A stretch of DNA of 64,000 nt from Chrysomallon squamiferum (lineage: Eukaryota; Animalia; Mollusca), in contig CM022679.1 in assembly GCA_012295275.1 (NCBI GenBank), forward strand, positions 15,438,001 through 15,502,000. Reading direction: 5' to 3'. Of this stretch, positions 26,201 to 41,200 are shown in pieces. The notes beneath the pieces are model-generated. The model made no database searches and had not been told where the DNA came from. It worked only from the letters and a program-made list of their open reading frames with translations. The stretch's first letter is position 1. Each line of letters opens with the position of its first letter. The translations under genes were made by a program, and so were the position numbers.

Positions 26201-29200
26201 TTACTTGTTTTGTGATACCTGCTGCCAGAAAGCAGTTGATACTTGATAATAGAAAGAATGTAATTGCTTGTTTATTGTTATTATTAATAATTGCTATTAA
26301 TAATGCAGCAGGGTTAAATATTAACTTGGCAACATGCAAGGGCTGTTATTGTAACAGCATGCTTGGTTAAGACCAGATGCTTTGATAATGGTTGTACTAA
26401 TTGCCTTCTAATGGGCGTAAAAACTGTTTGACATATATGTTCATTATTGCTGTGAATTTACATAATGTTTGTAACACACACTGTGGTGATATTACTGCTC
26501 ATTAGATAATACTTGCATGTTGTATGTGTAGGTGGTTGATAACATAGGTGAAACCTTTTTTTTTTTCTGATGATGATTGATGCAGACAGTTTTATGTGTT
26601 TAATTCATCAAACAAGCTTAGAGCACAGGTAACCATTTAATATAGATTTGTTTCTTGAATTGTTTATAAACATTTTTAATGACACTGTTGTTGAAACTTT
26701 ACACTATTGAGTATACATGTATTGAGTGGTGATAAAATAAATATGATCATGAGCACTTGGTTATGCTGTATTGAATGAAACAGATTAAGTTTTGATACTG
26801 AAGCATTAATATGATAATATCCATGACTACATTTATAAAATGGGTTTAAAATAATTTTTAGTTCAGAAGTGAAACAGTCTGTACAGTAAGAAACAACACA
26901 TAAGTAATCAGTAATAAAGAAATTAACCATGAATTTTAAAAAATTATTTTACAAACTTTCTTGCATTTATATTTATAAAGGAATTTATGGAATTGAAATA
27001 TCTCAACATGTAATGTAAATAAAAACAAAACAAGTCATTGTCTGATCATGAAAATAATGACTAAATCTTGAATTATTATTCACCAAAAAGTTGAATCAAG
27101 CTGGTATCCTTACAAAAACTAAATCAAGCTACCAACATAGTACTGTTGTTTTTGATAATAATAGTCTATTTATATTATTCATATTTTGTACACTGGTTTC
27201 TTAATGTAAAAATTAATACAGTGCTCTCGTTTCTTGTTCAAGTCAGTAAAAATTACAAATGTGAATAACTTCAAGATAGATCATTTCTGTTTCACAGTAA
27301 AAAAAAATTAAAATTAAAAAGATTTAAATAATTTGGCTCATGTAAATTTAAAGATTAATGATTAATGATTAACCAAAAAGAATAATGATATTTGTTCTTT
27401 TAATTGATAGTATTTTTAAATACAGGTATTATCACATTTGTTATTGTACCTTATATGAGTAGTTGCCTTACATAAAAAAAAAAAAATTAAAAAAAAATTA
27501 AAGGAAGTGTATTAGATTAATGATTCAGAAGGAGTATTTGTATTTTTTCTTTTTGAAAGGAAATGGTTAAATATATTTGTATGTATTTTTACTGTATTTT
27601 TTGGCTATTTCTTTGTTGTCATGGTTAATTGGCTTCCTTAAATATTTGAGTGAAACAATGGAATAAACTTTTATTTTTAACCACGTATTTTATAATAAAA
27701 AAAAAAAAAAAAAAAAAAAGATACAAAAGAAAACAACAAGAACAAAACATAAAGGTATTTAAATTAAAATAGAATTATGGAATATAGACAGTAATTTATG
27801 TCTATTTACTTTATTATAAAAAAAAAAAGAAGAAAAATAATATAAAAATAATAAAATAAAATCTTTATGTATTTACCCACTGTTCTTCTTTCCCTAAACC
27901 CAGGTTACAGAAAAAAAGAGAAAAGAACATGTTAATTATAATGTGAGACATTCACTGTACACTTAACATATGTTTCAGTAAAGTTTCTTTGTTCTTTTTA
28001 TCTACAATGTTAATGGATATGTTATCTTACAGATTAGTCAGTTTTATCATAACCAGGTGATTTATGTTTTGTTTGTTGATTTAGGCAGTGGCAATATAAA
28101 ATACAATTATTTTTCCATTTCTAAAGTGATCTGTTAATTATTAAAAAAAACATTTTAATAATAGATATTATATTTGCTAACTTAAACAAAGGGCTATTTC
28201 AGTTAGATACTTATCAGTATTGAACAGTTAAGAATGTATTTTCTTTTTAATATTTTCACTATATAAAACATTTTTCTTGAAATGCTGATTATGTTAAATA
28301 CATTTTCTTTTTAATATTTTTAAACCAGAATGGCTATTTAAAACGTATCAGCAGATAGTAAATGTTCTACTTTTTTGTTATCTCAACTGACTTGCACAAT
28401 CCTGTATTTTTATTTTATACTGGCCATTTTGATTAGAATCACTGTCTGTAATCTTTGGACTCTACTACAATGGCCCATTAAATGGTAAATTTACTGTATA
28501 ATTAATATTGTATACACTGTATTGATCTATCAAATATTCTGAGTTGTTTATCATTGAAAGTCTGTTACATACTTAATTATTTATATATGTGTACATGTAC
28601 TGAATTGCCTTAATATATTTTAAAAAAAAAAAAAAAAGAAGTCAGAAAGTCAGATTAGCATAATGTAAAATTATATGTTATTATGAACAGAATTTTTGTA
28701 AATATATTGTACAGTTACTATTAACAAAAAACAACCACCCCCAAAAAGTCCACCCACAAAATAACAAAAAAAAAAAAAAAAATGTTATGACCACAGGCTG
28801 TACAAAATATATTTGGATTTCACTATTTGACATTTCTTTGGACTGTATAGTTTACTAAAACACTAATGACAGTTTTTGAACTTTCAGAGTCACGGTCAAC
28901 CTCATTAACATCAGATTCTGAAGATGATATGCGACTTCGTGCTATCAGTGGAGGTTAGTTTTTTTATTAGTTTTTTCTAGATTATAACTGGTGTTGTGAA
29001 TCCATCTGTACTAATTCTTAAATGTAAAGAAAAATGATTGCCCATTATTTAGCTCAGAAAGATTTTGCAGAAAATTTGGAAAATAGCTTGTTTTTTATTA
29101 TTTGAAAATTTGGAAAGTATGTAGATATATGAATCTTATGCTTGTTGGACTCGAATATGTATGAATGAAGGACTGTTTAAGAATTAATCCTTTTAAACTG

Positions 29201-32200
29201 AATTGGAGTAATTACATTTTTATAACCACAACTCTCACCCCATGAGTTCAATAATCAAAATTTCCTGATATCTGATGAAAAAACAAAAACAAATTCTGCT
29301 TGAAAACAGATAAAAGCTAATTATTGTTAAGTTGAAAGTTGAAATAATCTTTTTTGCAGTGTTAGTTTATGATTCATATGATAATTATCCCTGTATATGT
29401 ATCACAGGACATACAGATATGTTTGTGTATTTAAATTACTTTCGATTTATTTAATTTTATGTTTATGTAATTGTGAATAAAATACATTTTAAGTGTTCTT
29501 ATGCTTTATATAAGATGTAGTTCTTCCTTTAATGGAAGACTTGCAAGTATCCAGATAAAAAGAGTTAAAATATATCATGACGTAAAATTTAAACTGTATT
29601 GAATTGTTTGCAGATAACAGAATATCATCAGTGGGAACAATTAGAAAAGTGATTCCATCTCACCAGTATGACCCCAACAACACCAGCAACAGCTACCCAA
29701 CACTGAATGATCCTCGACAGAGTCCAGACCCCATGGACATTCAGCCATCACTTAGATCCTCTCGTGATTATGATGGACTCAGGATGCAGTGTGAATTTGC
29801 CATGAACGAGTTGCAGTCAATGACGCAGCAACACGCTGAGGCTGTCAACCGGTATGGACAGGTTGCTAAAGAAGTTGAATATCATCGCAGTCGCTGCAAG
29901 TCCTCACAGACCAAACAAACTCAACTGACCAATGAACTACAGTCTTTAAAGTCACAGAATCAGGAGATACTGAATGAGCGAAAGAAACTGGAAGAGCAGG
30001 TTATAAATCTGCAGAAATTACGAAAAGAAGACAAGCAAGAGATTTCAGAGTTGTGGAATCAACACAGAAAATTTATCAGCGAGAGAGTTTCCAGTGATGT
30101 CATGGATGAAATGTATGTTACTGTGATGAACAAGTTTGAAGCAATGAAGACAGACTATGAAGCTTTGAAGGAAAGATACAGTGAACTAGTTTCCAATCAT
30201 GCCAGTGTTGTGGGCCAGTTGGAATTTCTTCAGGAAGAGAAACGTCGATCTCAGAAACAGATGGAAGAATTGTGTGCTGCTCGGGATTCTGCCATGGTGG
30301 AAAGGAATGGACTGAAGCAGCAATGTACTTCTGTGATAAAAAACTGGAATGAAGTTATAGGTGAGTGCAATCATTTGAAAGAAAAACTGACAAAAATAAC
30401 ACAACAACGTGATAAATGGATTGTTGACTACAATCAGGCTGTCCAGAAACAGTTTTCCATTAAAAAAGAAAATGAAGCAATGCAGAGAGAAAAAGATGAA
30501 GCAGTTAAAAACTATGCTTTGGTTTTATCTGAGAGAGACACAGTTCACAGTGAAATAGAGCAGTTACAGGAAAAACTGAATGATGCTTTGAAAAGAATTG
30601 AGATGTATGAGAAAGAAAAGAAAGATATTGAAAATGAACGGGAAACACTTCGTCGGGAAATATCTTCTGCTCTTCAGGATAGAGACAAGTACAAACGAGA
30701 GAGGAATGAGGTCAGTGGCATGAAACTTGAAGTGGAACAACAACGAAATGAATTTCAAAAGGAATACCTGCTTGTCTCCAAGGAACGTGATATTGCACGA
30801 AAAGAAAGACATGAAGCACTGGATCACATTGACAGAATTATTAAAGACACTTATGAGAAGACACAGAAAGAGAAAGCAGAAGAAATTGACCATGTAACCA
30901 AGGAAACAGATTTACTGAAGAATCAAATTGAAAAACTGAGGCAAGATCTTAGTGGTAAGTGTTTGTTGCTGTATATAAAATATTCATATTGTGTTGTTAA
31001 AAGTTACTGGATCATTTTTAACATTTGTTTTAGTGACTTATAGTTTATAATTTCACTGTTAAACATATTAATTATTATTATTATTTATTTATTTATGTTC
31101 TTAGGGTTTCAGGACATAATATCTGCCTTTTGATGTAAAGTTCACGTTTTTTTAAAGACCTGTTTTGATGTTTATAAATAACTGAAAATCCCATTGCTGC
31201 ATGATTTTGAATTAAAATTTAATTTGTTTTCTTTCTGTCAGATGCCTTACAAGAGGCTGAGATAGCTAAGAAACGTAGAGACTGGGCGTTTGGAGAACGT
31301 GACAAGATAGTTCAGGAGAGAGAAAGTATTCGCAGTTTGTGTGACAACTTGCGACGAGATCGTGATCGCGCTGTCAGTGACTTGGCTCAGGCTCTGAGAC
31401 TCAGATGACACCAAGAAACAGAAAATTGAGGCTTGCAAGGAGCTCAAAGAAATAAAGTAAACTTAAATTATTTTCTTTATTGTATTCTGCATTCTGGTTT
31501 TACCATTTTGTTTTTGTTTTATGACAACCGTTTTATGTAAATTGTTAGTAATTAAAAAGGAAATTTCTGGTTTGATCATTAATTTTTTTTAAAACTGTGA
31601 TTTCTGCAGTTATCAGATTCAAAAAGATTGCATCTGTGGATTAAGGTTTAAAATTTAAAAACAATGAAGTCTTATCTTAGGACGTAAGGACATACCTCAT
31701 CTGTGAAAACATCATAGTTTTTTACATTTAAATTTTAATTATTTTTTTCAGAGAAAAGTATGAAGCTTTGGCTGAGAGAGAAGCAAGGAAAACACAGCTG
31801 AATTCAATAGGTCATAACCATTCAAGAGACTCTGCCATTGATGCTGATCTACAGGAATGGGAGACAGAAACTCTTGACATTGAGCTGGTTAGTATCAGTA
31901 CATTTAACAAATTTAACAATTAAACATCATAGGAAACCTACACTTGAGTCTAACTGAGAAAATTTTCTTTTTCCTTCTGGTTGGAGCAAAATATTATTTA
32001 CAAAGTTTGTATAATCAGATTTATTAATAAGAAACTAATTTTTTTCATTGAAATGATTAAGCTGTTAAATTTATATCAACATCAAACAGTGTATTGTATT
32101 TATCAAATTCAGAATGTTCCAGAGATAAATTGTTTGTCTTATAAAAATTAGTTTTCCTTTTTATATGTTTTTAAAAATGGTTTTAAAAATGTCAGGTTGT

Positions 32201-35200
32201 TAAAAAGATTGATTTGATTTGACATTGTAGGAAACATTTGATGGGGCTGGTTTTGGATTTGATATTATTGGAGGTCGAGATGATCCACAGTTTCAAAACG
32301 ACCCATCCCTCTACGTGTGTCATGTTGCCAAGGGTGGACCTGCTGATGGCAAACTCAGGTTTAAATTTTAACTTTTAAAGCAAGCAGAATTATTTATTTA
32401 TTTAATTATTAGTGATAGTTTGTCTGTTTAATATATATTACAGGAATACAAAAATTACTCTGTTTTTAAGAAAAAAAATCATTGTTATATATTATTATGA
32501 CAGTAGTTTAAAATTTAATTATTGGAATGAATTGTTTTTTTCTATAAAAGCTGTATGATTATATAATTTGTTTATCTTTCTTCTTTAGAGTGAATGATCT
32601 GGTTCTAAAATTAAATAACATGGATGTCACCAACATAGATAGAAGAACAGCTAAACAAGCCATGAGAAAACAGGGAACATTAATAATGGTTGGTCTTTCA
32701 TAGTTCTGTTTGGATAATCTATTTATCATCTATGATGTTTTATTTGGAAAATAGCTGAAAACATTTGAAGTGTAGCTTATTTAATGAGTATCTATCAACA
32801 TAATCATATTCAAAATACATTGTTCACAATAAGAAAAAAATATATTTAAGGAAATAGGATACAGTATATTATATTTGTGTATATTTTTTTTAAAGTTTTA
32901 ATCTAGATGATAAAAGTAAACTAATTGGTAATTGGCAAAATGGAACTATAATAAATTTAAAAATCTAAAATAATTTAAAAAAATAAAATAAACAAATAAA
33001 TATTTAGGAAATGGGTATGGAATGATTTGTCATATTTCTGTATATTTTGATTAGTTTTTGTTATAATATTAGCAAAGAATTATTAATTATTTAAATGATA
33101 TGGAATGATCACCAGGTAATAATGTCAAAAAAATAATGAAATGTTTTCAGGTTGTGAGAAGAAGAAAATCAACAAGTGCCAGAGTGTGGCATCCACTTCA
33201 GATCATACTCTCCTGTCAGAAGGGTAAGCAGCTTTTGGACTTGCATTGTGATCATAATTTTTATCTTGTACATCAAGAACCTGACTAGTTAGAGTTACAG
33301 CAGAAACTCTGGTGTATAATACTACATTTTATAATTAGATAGAAATATCCAACATGATTGTGAAGAGAGTTATATTAAATTCTAGTATATTAAATTTTAT
33401 ATGTATCACTAATTCCTGCTTTATAGTATTTTACTTTCGCTCCTAAAGTCTGTTTTTGTTTTGTTTTTTAAAAATATTTTGGACATTGATTTTCAGATTT
33501 GTTTTAATGTTTTTACAATTTGAATTTGTTTTGTTCAAAAACATAATAGGAAATTTATTTGAGCAAAACATCCATTAAAACATTTACAGGATAGTGGAAT
33601 CTTCTCATCTTTTTTGGTTTTTGGTTTCTTGATAAACATATGTCTTGTATTTTAGATCCTGGAATTACAATTGAGCAAGGTCTTTTCATTTCTCGTATTA
33701 ATCCTGGTGGAATGATTGCTAAAGATGGAATTATGTTAAGTGTTGGAGACAGAATTGTCAAGGTTAGTATAGATTTCATTAATATATTTGTACATATTTT
33801 AAAAACAATTTTTTTAGATATGTTAATTACACAAGTCTGTTTGAAATATATGTTGCCTATAACGTTTTCATAGTTAAAAACATTCTCATACATGAGAATT
33901 TACTTTTGACTTTAAAAGTTTAGATCGGTTGTTTTGTGCTAAAGACATAATTCTTACAGATACTTAAACAGTTAATAAATACTTTGATTTATTTTCTTAT
34001 TTCCATTGTTAATTTCTTTGCTTTTAAAATTCAGATCAATGGGAAACCCACTGACAACATGTCGGCCCATGAATCAATGAAAATTCTGGAAAAAAGTAAC
34101 AATCCTATCCAGCTTGACATATGGCGACAGGCTTCACCCATCAGTTCAGCTGGTTCATCACCTACACCTACCAACCAGTCATCGATGTCTCCGATATCCG
34201 ATACACCACCTGTTTTGTCTGGAATGAGCAAGTCGGACACATTTCCACAACACTCTTCTGCCTGGGACACGTCACTGGATAGCAGCAATGGTGTTGGTAG
34301 CAACAAGAACTTGAGAAGCCATGGTTCACAGACAGATAGCTTAGACAGTGCTAGTCCTAGTCCAAGGAAAGGGCCTTCTCGCCATGCCCATCATGACATG
34401 GAGAAAGCTCGACATAGTGTGCATGTTTTAGATAAGGCTTTTGAAAAAGTTGAGAAAATTTTTCGCCCCAGACCAAAAAGTCAAGAGCGTAATTTAGAGG
34501 AGTGTCTGACACCAGTGTCAAAAAGTGGCAGCAAATCTTCTAATTCTTGCAACTCACGCACAACTCTGTCAAATGAAAAAACAGAAAATGTCATTGCTGA
34601 ATTTGATGCATTTCTGAAAACAGATGATCATGGGAAAGAGAACAGATCCAAGGGACGTAAGCGCGAACTGGAACAGGAAAGTAATAGTGGAACATGGCCA
34701 AAATCTAGGAACCAGTTGTTGACAACATTTTCGGGACCAGCTACTGTGATAATGCACCCATCACAGCATCGGATCAAAGAACGGCCTTCCATAAAGTCCT
34801 CGCCATTCTTTGACCCACCCAGTGACCTGATTGTGCATCAAGAACATGATAAGTTAAACCAAGTAAAACACATATCTCAAAACTCAGACTCCAGTGTGAA
34901 GTACAACAGTACTTGCACATCAGCTCAGAACTCAGTCTTTGTGGCTACTGCAAAAAAATCACCACTCAACATTCCAGTGGGTGTGATTAAAGGCACACAG
35001 CAACCTAGGCACAGCATGCCTCAGTTTCACCCTCAGATATTGCATGGAGATCAGTATCAGACACATTTGCCTCCAAGTTACATTCATGGCCGACTGGACA
35101 AATTTGAACCCCCTATACCAAATGCCCCTTCTACAAGTGCAATTGAAAAACCTGTTAAACATCGGAGACCTAACTCAGCGAAATCTGACATAAATAATCG

Positions 35201-38200
35201 TCGTTCTGCTTTTGTGTTAGCTTCTTCCCCTAATTCGCACAGTTCAGAGAAACAGCAAATGTTGAACTTTCGCCCATCTTCTCTTCAAGTCCCAGAATCT
35301 ATAAACTATATGTCACCAGAAAATCGGTTTGCTTTTCCCTATGTTTCAATAAGTGAAAACCGAATGTCGTCACCTTCAAGTTCTGTTGGAAGTAACATTG
35401 GTGGTCGAACCTCACATCATAACCACTCAATAAGGTAACATTTTACTACATCATAATGAATAATTTTGGGAAAAAAACACATTTACTTACATAATTTTTA
35501 ATACCGTTAGATTTTTCATTTTTTCATTCCTGTGGTTTATTTTTTATTATATTTTTTTTTTTATGTGTTTCATTTGCTTGCCTTAAATTCTCATTAATTC
35601 CAGATAGATTTGAAATGTTTTTTTTCTTGAATGTAATGTTGAATTATATTTACTATTTCAGCCCTCAACCTCAGAATATGCACAGTCGTTCTGGCCACTA
35701 TCCCCTGCCTGCAGGTCCAAGTCCATACAGTCCAGCAGGGTGTTTATCTAGTCAGCAAGTAATGAGCATGCCCTACAGCTTGCCCCCTTCAGTCATCTCT
35801 GACATCGATTTAGAGCGACCTCCATACTCACTGGTGTCAGACAGATATGGATCTCCTAGTCCGTCTCAGCATGTTAGTATTTTGATTCATTTCTGAGGAG
35901 TAGAGTAAATGTACCATTTGTTTGAATGGAAAACTGATGGCTAATGGCTTTAATTTTTTTCAAAAAAAATTTTTATATTTAATTACCCTTGTTTCAAAAA
36001 AATATATATTATAGATAAGTATATAAAAAAAATAATAATAAATTAGAAAAGTAAATAAATAATAATTAGAAAAATATTAAAAAAGAAAAGAAGGACTGCT
36101 TTCTAATAAATTTTTAAATATAGTCCTTTTATATACATAACCAGAAATGATAACAAACTATGTGTTATTGATAATATATAATAGGTGCTAATGGTACAAC
36201 ATTAATATGTATCTCTTGGAAACTGTAATCAGATCTATATAATAGTATAACCTATTCAATATGATTTTCTCATAATGATTTTTATTTCATAGAATGGAAA
36301 TAAATTTTGAAAGTTTTTTTTTTTTTTTTTTTTTTCACAGAGCAGTACAACTTTGAGTGATGAATATATAGGCCCTTGTCTGTTTAATTCTCACGTACAC
36401 TCAACACTTCCAAAACGAGGTAGAGACACAGAGAGAATTCGAATTCCTTCCAGTACTAGTGTCAGTAACAAGTCTGGTTCTGTCGAGATTGGTGAGTGTT
36501 TCAAGTATTTGTCTTTCAGATTTGATTATATATATTTGGCCCAGTGCAGGCAGTTAGTTTTGTTTAAAAAACTTAATTTATGACGGCACAAAAACTGCTA
36601 ATATCTGTATAGCTTTTCAGAATTTACAGTAGCATGTTGGGATCTCAGAAAACCTTTTTATTATTGCTGTTATTATACTTCCTTGCATTTTTAACAAAAA
36701 AAGTAAACAGTATTCATAGCAGACAAATTTCTGTGCCATAGAAACGACTTAGTGTTTGTATTGTTTTCAGTATCTGAACGGAGTAGTCCTATATCTCCTA
36801 TGTTTAATGAAAGAATGGGCTACCTGAGATCACCTCTCACAGAAGATGGCAGCTCACAATACAAGTGGAGAAAGTGAGTAAAAGAACACACATATTATTT
36901 TAATGTATAATCATTATAATGATTATTACTAGTTAATCATAAATAAATTCAAATATTACAATTGTACAATAAAATACCAAAAATAAATAAACAAATAAGT
37001 AAATAGATAAATTAGTCAATTCTTAAGCTGTTTTTAAGAATATAGTTTAAGTATATGTTAAGTACTAGTTATATGGTTTAAAAAAATTAAAACAACCAAA
37101 AAAAACACATTACAAATGACAACCAAAAACAGAGAGATGGAAGGAGGCAGATAACAAAAAACAGCAAACATCAGACATGCTTATAATTTGACACAGCTTT
37201 TTACACTGTTTAAAATTAGACATTAACTACTGAAAATTCATTAGCTGGACCATTTCATTTTTTTTTTCTTTTTCTGTGGCATTGCTGAAATAATAGAAAT
37301 GTCATTAAGATATATATTTATTCATTTAAAAGACCATTTCCTGGAGATACTCGGACCATCAATATTGAGAAGAGTGCTGAACCAGTGGGCTTCAAGGTGG
37401 AAAATGGACCTTCTGGAGGAATATTCGTGTCGTCTGTAAATCAGAACAGTCTTGCAGCAGAAGCAGGCCTTGTTCCTGGGGACCAGTTGTTAGAGGTGAG
37501 AACAGGACTGATTTTTCTGGTTACAGAACTGTTACGTTTATTGTAATTTATCATTTCATATAAATAAAACAGGTAAGCAGTTATTTAGAACCACAAATGA
37601 TATAACTGTTTTCATTTTCTTGAGCTGTCCTAATATTTTAATGAACTTACATATTTCAGTAGGAAACATATTCAATATTATTTTATATGGTAAGTAAATA
37701 ACTGAAAAATGTCTTTTGAGATAAATGTTCAACAGTGATTTTGAACAGCATATCAAGTCAGAAGTATTATGTAACGTCCTGTGTTTATTAATGGAATGTA
37801 AAACTATTTTAATTCTTTTTTGGATTATGTTAATCAGTAGTTTTATAATAATAGTACTGTTAATTTTTCATAAATAAATGAAATGGTATATTCCTGTTAT
37901 TTATTTATTTATTTTTTTAGTTGACTGTTGGGCATTTTATTATTTAGATAGTTAAATAAATAAATAAACAATAAATAAAAATAAATAAAACCATAGAAAA
38001 GTTTTTTTAATTTCCTTTTAGTCCTTTCTTTTATATTTTTGTGTGTGATATTGTAAAAGTGTTACAGCCTTAGAATGTTCTCGTGACTGTTGTTTTTCAG
38101 GTTTGTGGGATCAACATGAGAACAGCAACATTTGACAATGCATTAACTGTGTTGAGACAGTGTGGAGACAATCTCTCAATGAAAGTACAGTTCAATCCTG

Positions 38201-41200
38201 AAAGTAAGTGTCAGAAATCATTTACAAATGGTGAAATATTTATGAATTATTAATATAATGAAATTTGTAACTAAATGAAGTTGTTCCTGATATCACCATT
38301 AGGTGTCAAAATCTGTAAAATACGGCCTCTTTTTTTTTAAATATGACCTCTTTTTTCTGCATTTGTGAATAAAATGTATAAAGATTTAATTATCACATTC
38401 TTACTCAAGAAAATATAAAAATAATTATCGGTACTATATTACGTTATGTTAAAATATAATTATTGCTGTATTTCACACCACAAAAATTGTTATTTTGCTA
38501 CCACCAAAAATATAAATACTATTTTCACTGAGGAAATATATCACAGTGTTTAATTTGTTGTAGAATATCGAGAGCACCATGACACATCAAGCATAGGTTC
38601 TGTTTCGTCGATCACTGTCAACAGCCTGAGCCCAAGCAGCCCCGACCATTCCCAGACTCACTATTCCACGTCCTCGCCCCGAGGCAGTGACGCGTACTCC
38701 TCCCAGCGCAGTAACGACTACCGACGACGTGAGCTGCACAGACACACAGACAGCAGGGATCACCATGACACAGCTAGCATCAGCTCACTGTCCTCGTCAA
38801 AGGGTCATGTGACTAAGTCACCTTCTCACAGTCATTCCTCTTCTCGTGGAAAATCCAATAGGTAAATTATAATCTTAAAAGATTTTACTGGTCATTTGTT
38901 TGTGTCCCTACAGAAAACTTTTGGAATTAGCTGTTCCTTGTAGACATATATTTGATATAGTGAAGTTGTCAGTTTCCATCATCGAAGATTATCTAATAAT
39001 TTGTAGAGGAGTTTCAGTTGATTGTACTTACATAATTATGTTCTGTTAATAATTTTTCTCTGCAAGAATCCATGGATAAACAAAGAACAATTATTATATA
39101 TATATTAAAATGCTTTATAAATTTTAAATGTTAATTGCTTATATGTTACTTTGAAACAGTCGTTCACTGTTTTAATTTATATAAGCTTTACTTGTTGAAC
39201 AAGAAAGAAAAATGTATTTCATATTTAACTACATAAAACAGTCTATTATGCAAGTAAAATAAGTATTAATATGTAACTTAGCAATGACAGCACCTGTGAG
39301 CGGCCACGTTATGTGACACTGAAAAAGAGGAACCCTAACAGCAGTATTGGATTCAGTATTGTTGGTGGAAATGCTGTTGGCATTTTTGTCCATGAAGCAC
39401 CCCAGGAAAGTCTCGTAGAAGGAGCAAACACAATCCAGAGAGGAGATCAGATTTTAGAGGTAAGAGAATGTTTATCTTTTTTCATAACAGCAACATTTTC
39501 AGTGTTTTATTTTAGCCGTATTTTCAATTTTTTATGACATCAATAATTTTAAATTTTTTATTACAGTAATATTTTCAGTAATAATCTTTTCAGTGTTTTA
39601 TCTTGTTCTGTGATTCATTGAAGATCATTTTTCATTTTTTTTTTATAATTCTTTAAAAAATTTATTGAGTGTCTAATGATGCACATTATAAAGATAATTT
39701 CAAAATACAATATTTCTTATTATTGTTGTTATTGACTGCTATTTTATAATATTTGATTCTTTTGTTTCAGTATAACAACCGAGATTTTCGAGCATTTACA
39801 GCTGAACAAGCTGCTATTGAGCTTTCCAAACCTTGTTCAGTGATGCATATCCTTGCACAATTCAATCTAGCAAGTGAGTGTTTTCAGTTTGAAAAGAAAT
39901 TTATTAATCAAACGGTTATTACTTCTTTCTTTTATTTTTTTTTATTTTGAAACAAACTGATTGTAGTTTTCTCCAATTAGTTTTTACTTTGCTAATATTT
40001 TAATGAATGTTATAACTCACTGCTCTTTATATATAGTTTCAAACAGTATGTATTATTGTATTATTAGACATACATGTTAACTTACTCTTCATAAAAACAC
40101 CTTCAGATTAGTGTTACATTAATACTATTGTTTTAATCTAAATGATAAAATAAAATCAGACCAAAAGCAGTTGCAATAATTTTTTTTTTAAATGAAGAAA
40201 AATTGATCTTCCAAATTTTGGTCTAGTCAAAATCACATTCTCAACAGTTTTGTAGATAAGTATTATATCAGGATTTATATATTTTTTTGTTCTGTAGTGG
40301 TATTTAAAAAAATAAAAAAATTGATTTCATTTACAGAGTACAACAAAATACAGACCCAGTCTGGAGACTCCTTCTACATAAAGTCTAACTTCGATCGTCC
40401 TGCAGAAAATGAAGGAGAGCTCACATTTCATCGAGATGACATACTCCTTGTTGAAAATACTTTACACCAAGGATCCATGGGCCTGTGGTATGCATGGCTT
40501 CTTGATGATGAAGGAAAGAAGATGAAAGGAGGAACAATTCCAAGTAAAATTGGGTAAGCAAATGTGGTCTTGATGTCAAATCAAAACTGTAATATTAGAA
40601 AAGAATGCAGCAGTACCAGAGAGAAATCAAATCACACAAGTGACTGAAGTTCACTGTATGCTTTCAGATTTTGAAATAACATTATTAGTTCTTAATCTGA
40701 CAGCTTAGACGAGGTTCAAATGAGAAGAAAGAGAGAGAAAGTGAGAGAAGACAAACATGCATGAAACCCAAAAAATCCAATGACAGCCAGACAAAGAGAG
40801 ATAGAAACTGAGAATGTATCAGTTGTGATTTTTCTGTTTTTAACAACCACACATATATATGTTGGTAACCTTTGGAATGTCTTTTTCTTCCTTAATTGTT
40901 TTTTGCCTAACTAAGATTATTTGTGTTTGCAATTCAGTCTTGAGGACGAGGTAATGAGAAGGAGTTTGTCAGAAAGTCAAAGTCTGCATGATTCTGATGA
41001 GCTGAAGACTGCATCTAGAAGAGGATCTGGCTCAACAAGACGAAGTTTCTTCAGACGAAAACGACACCAGAGAAACAACTCTAAGGACAGCCATGACCTT
41101 GGGTCTTTTTCAGATGCTTCCCTCAATAGTGATTCTCTTCCTATTTTAGATGGTAAGTTTAATTTTGAATTTACAGAATAAGACAACAAACAATAAGTTT

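Noticed and set aside
30186-35162. Minus-strand ORFs overlapping large DLG5 exons (30186, 30564, 31247, 34031, 34569, 34959)
   Set aside because: Antisense shadows of real coding exons; no recognisable protein or splice structure.
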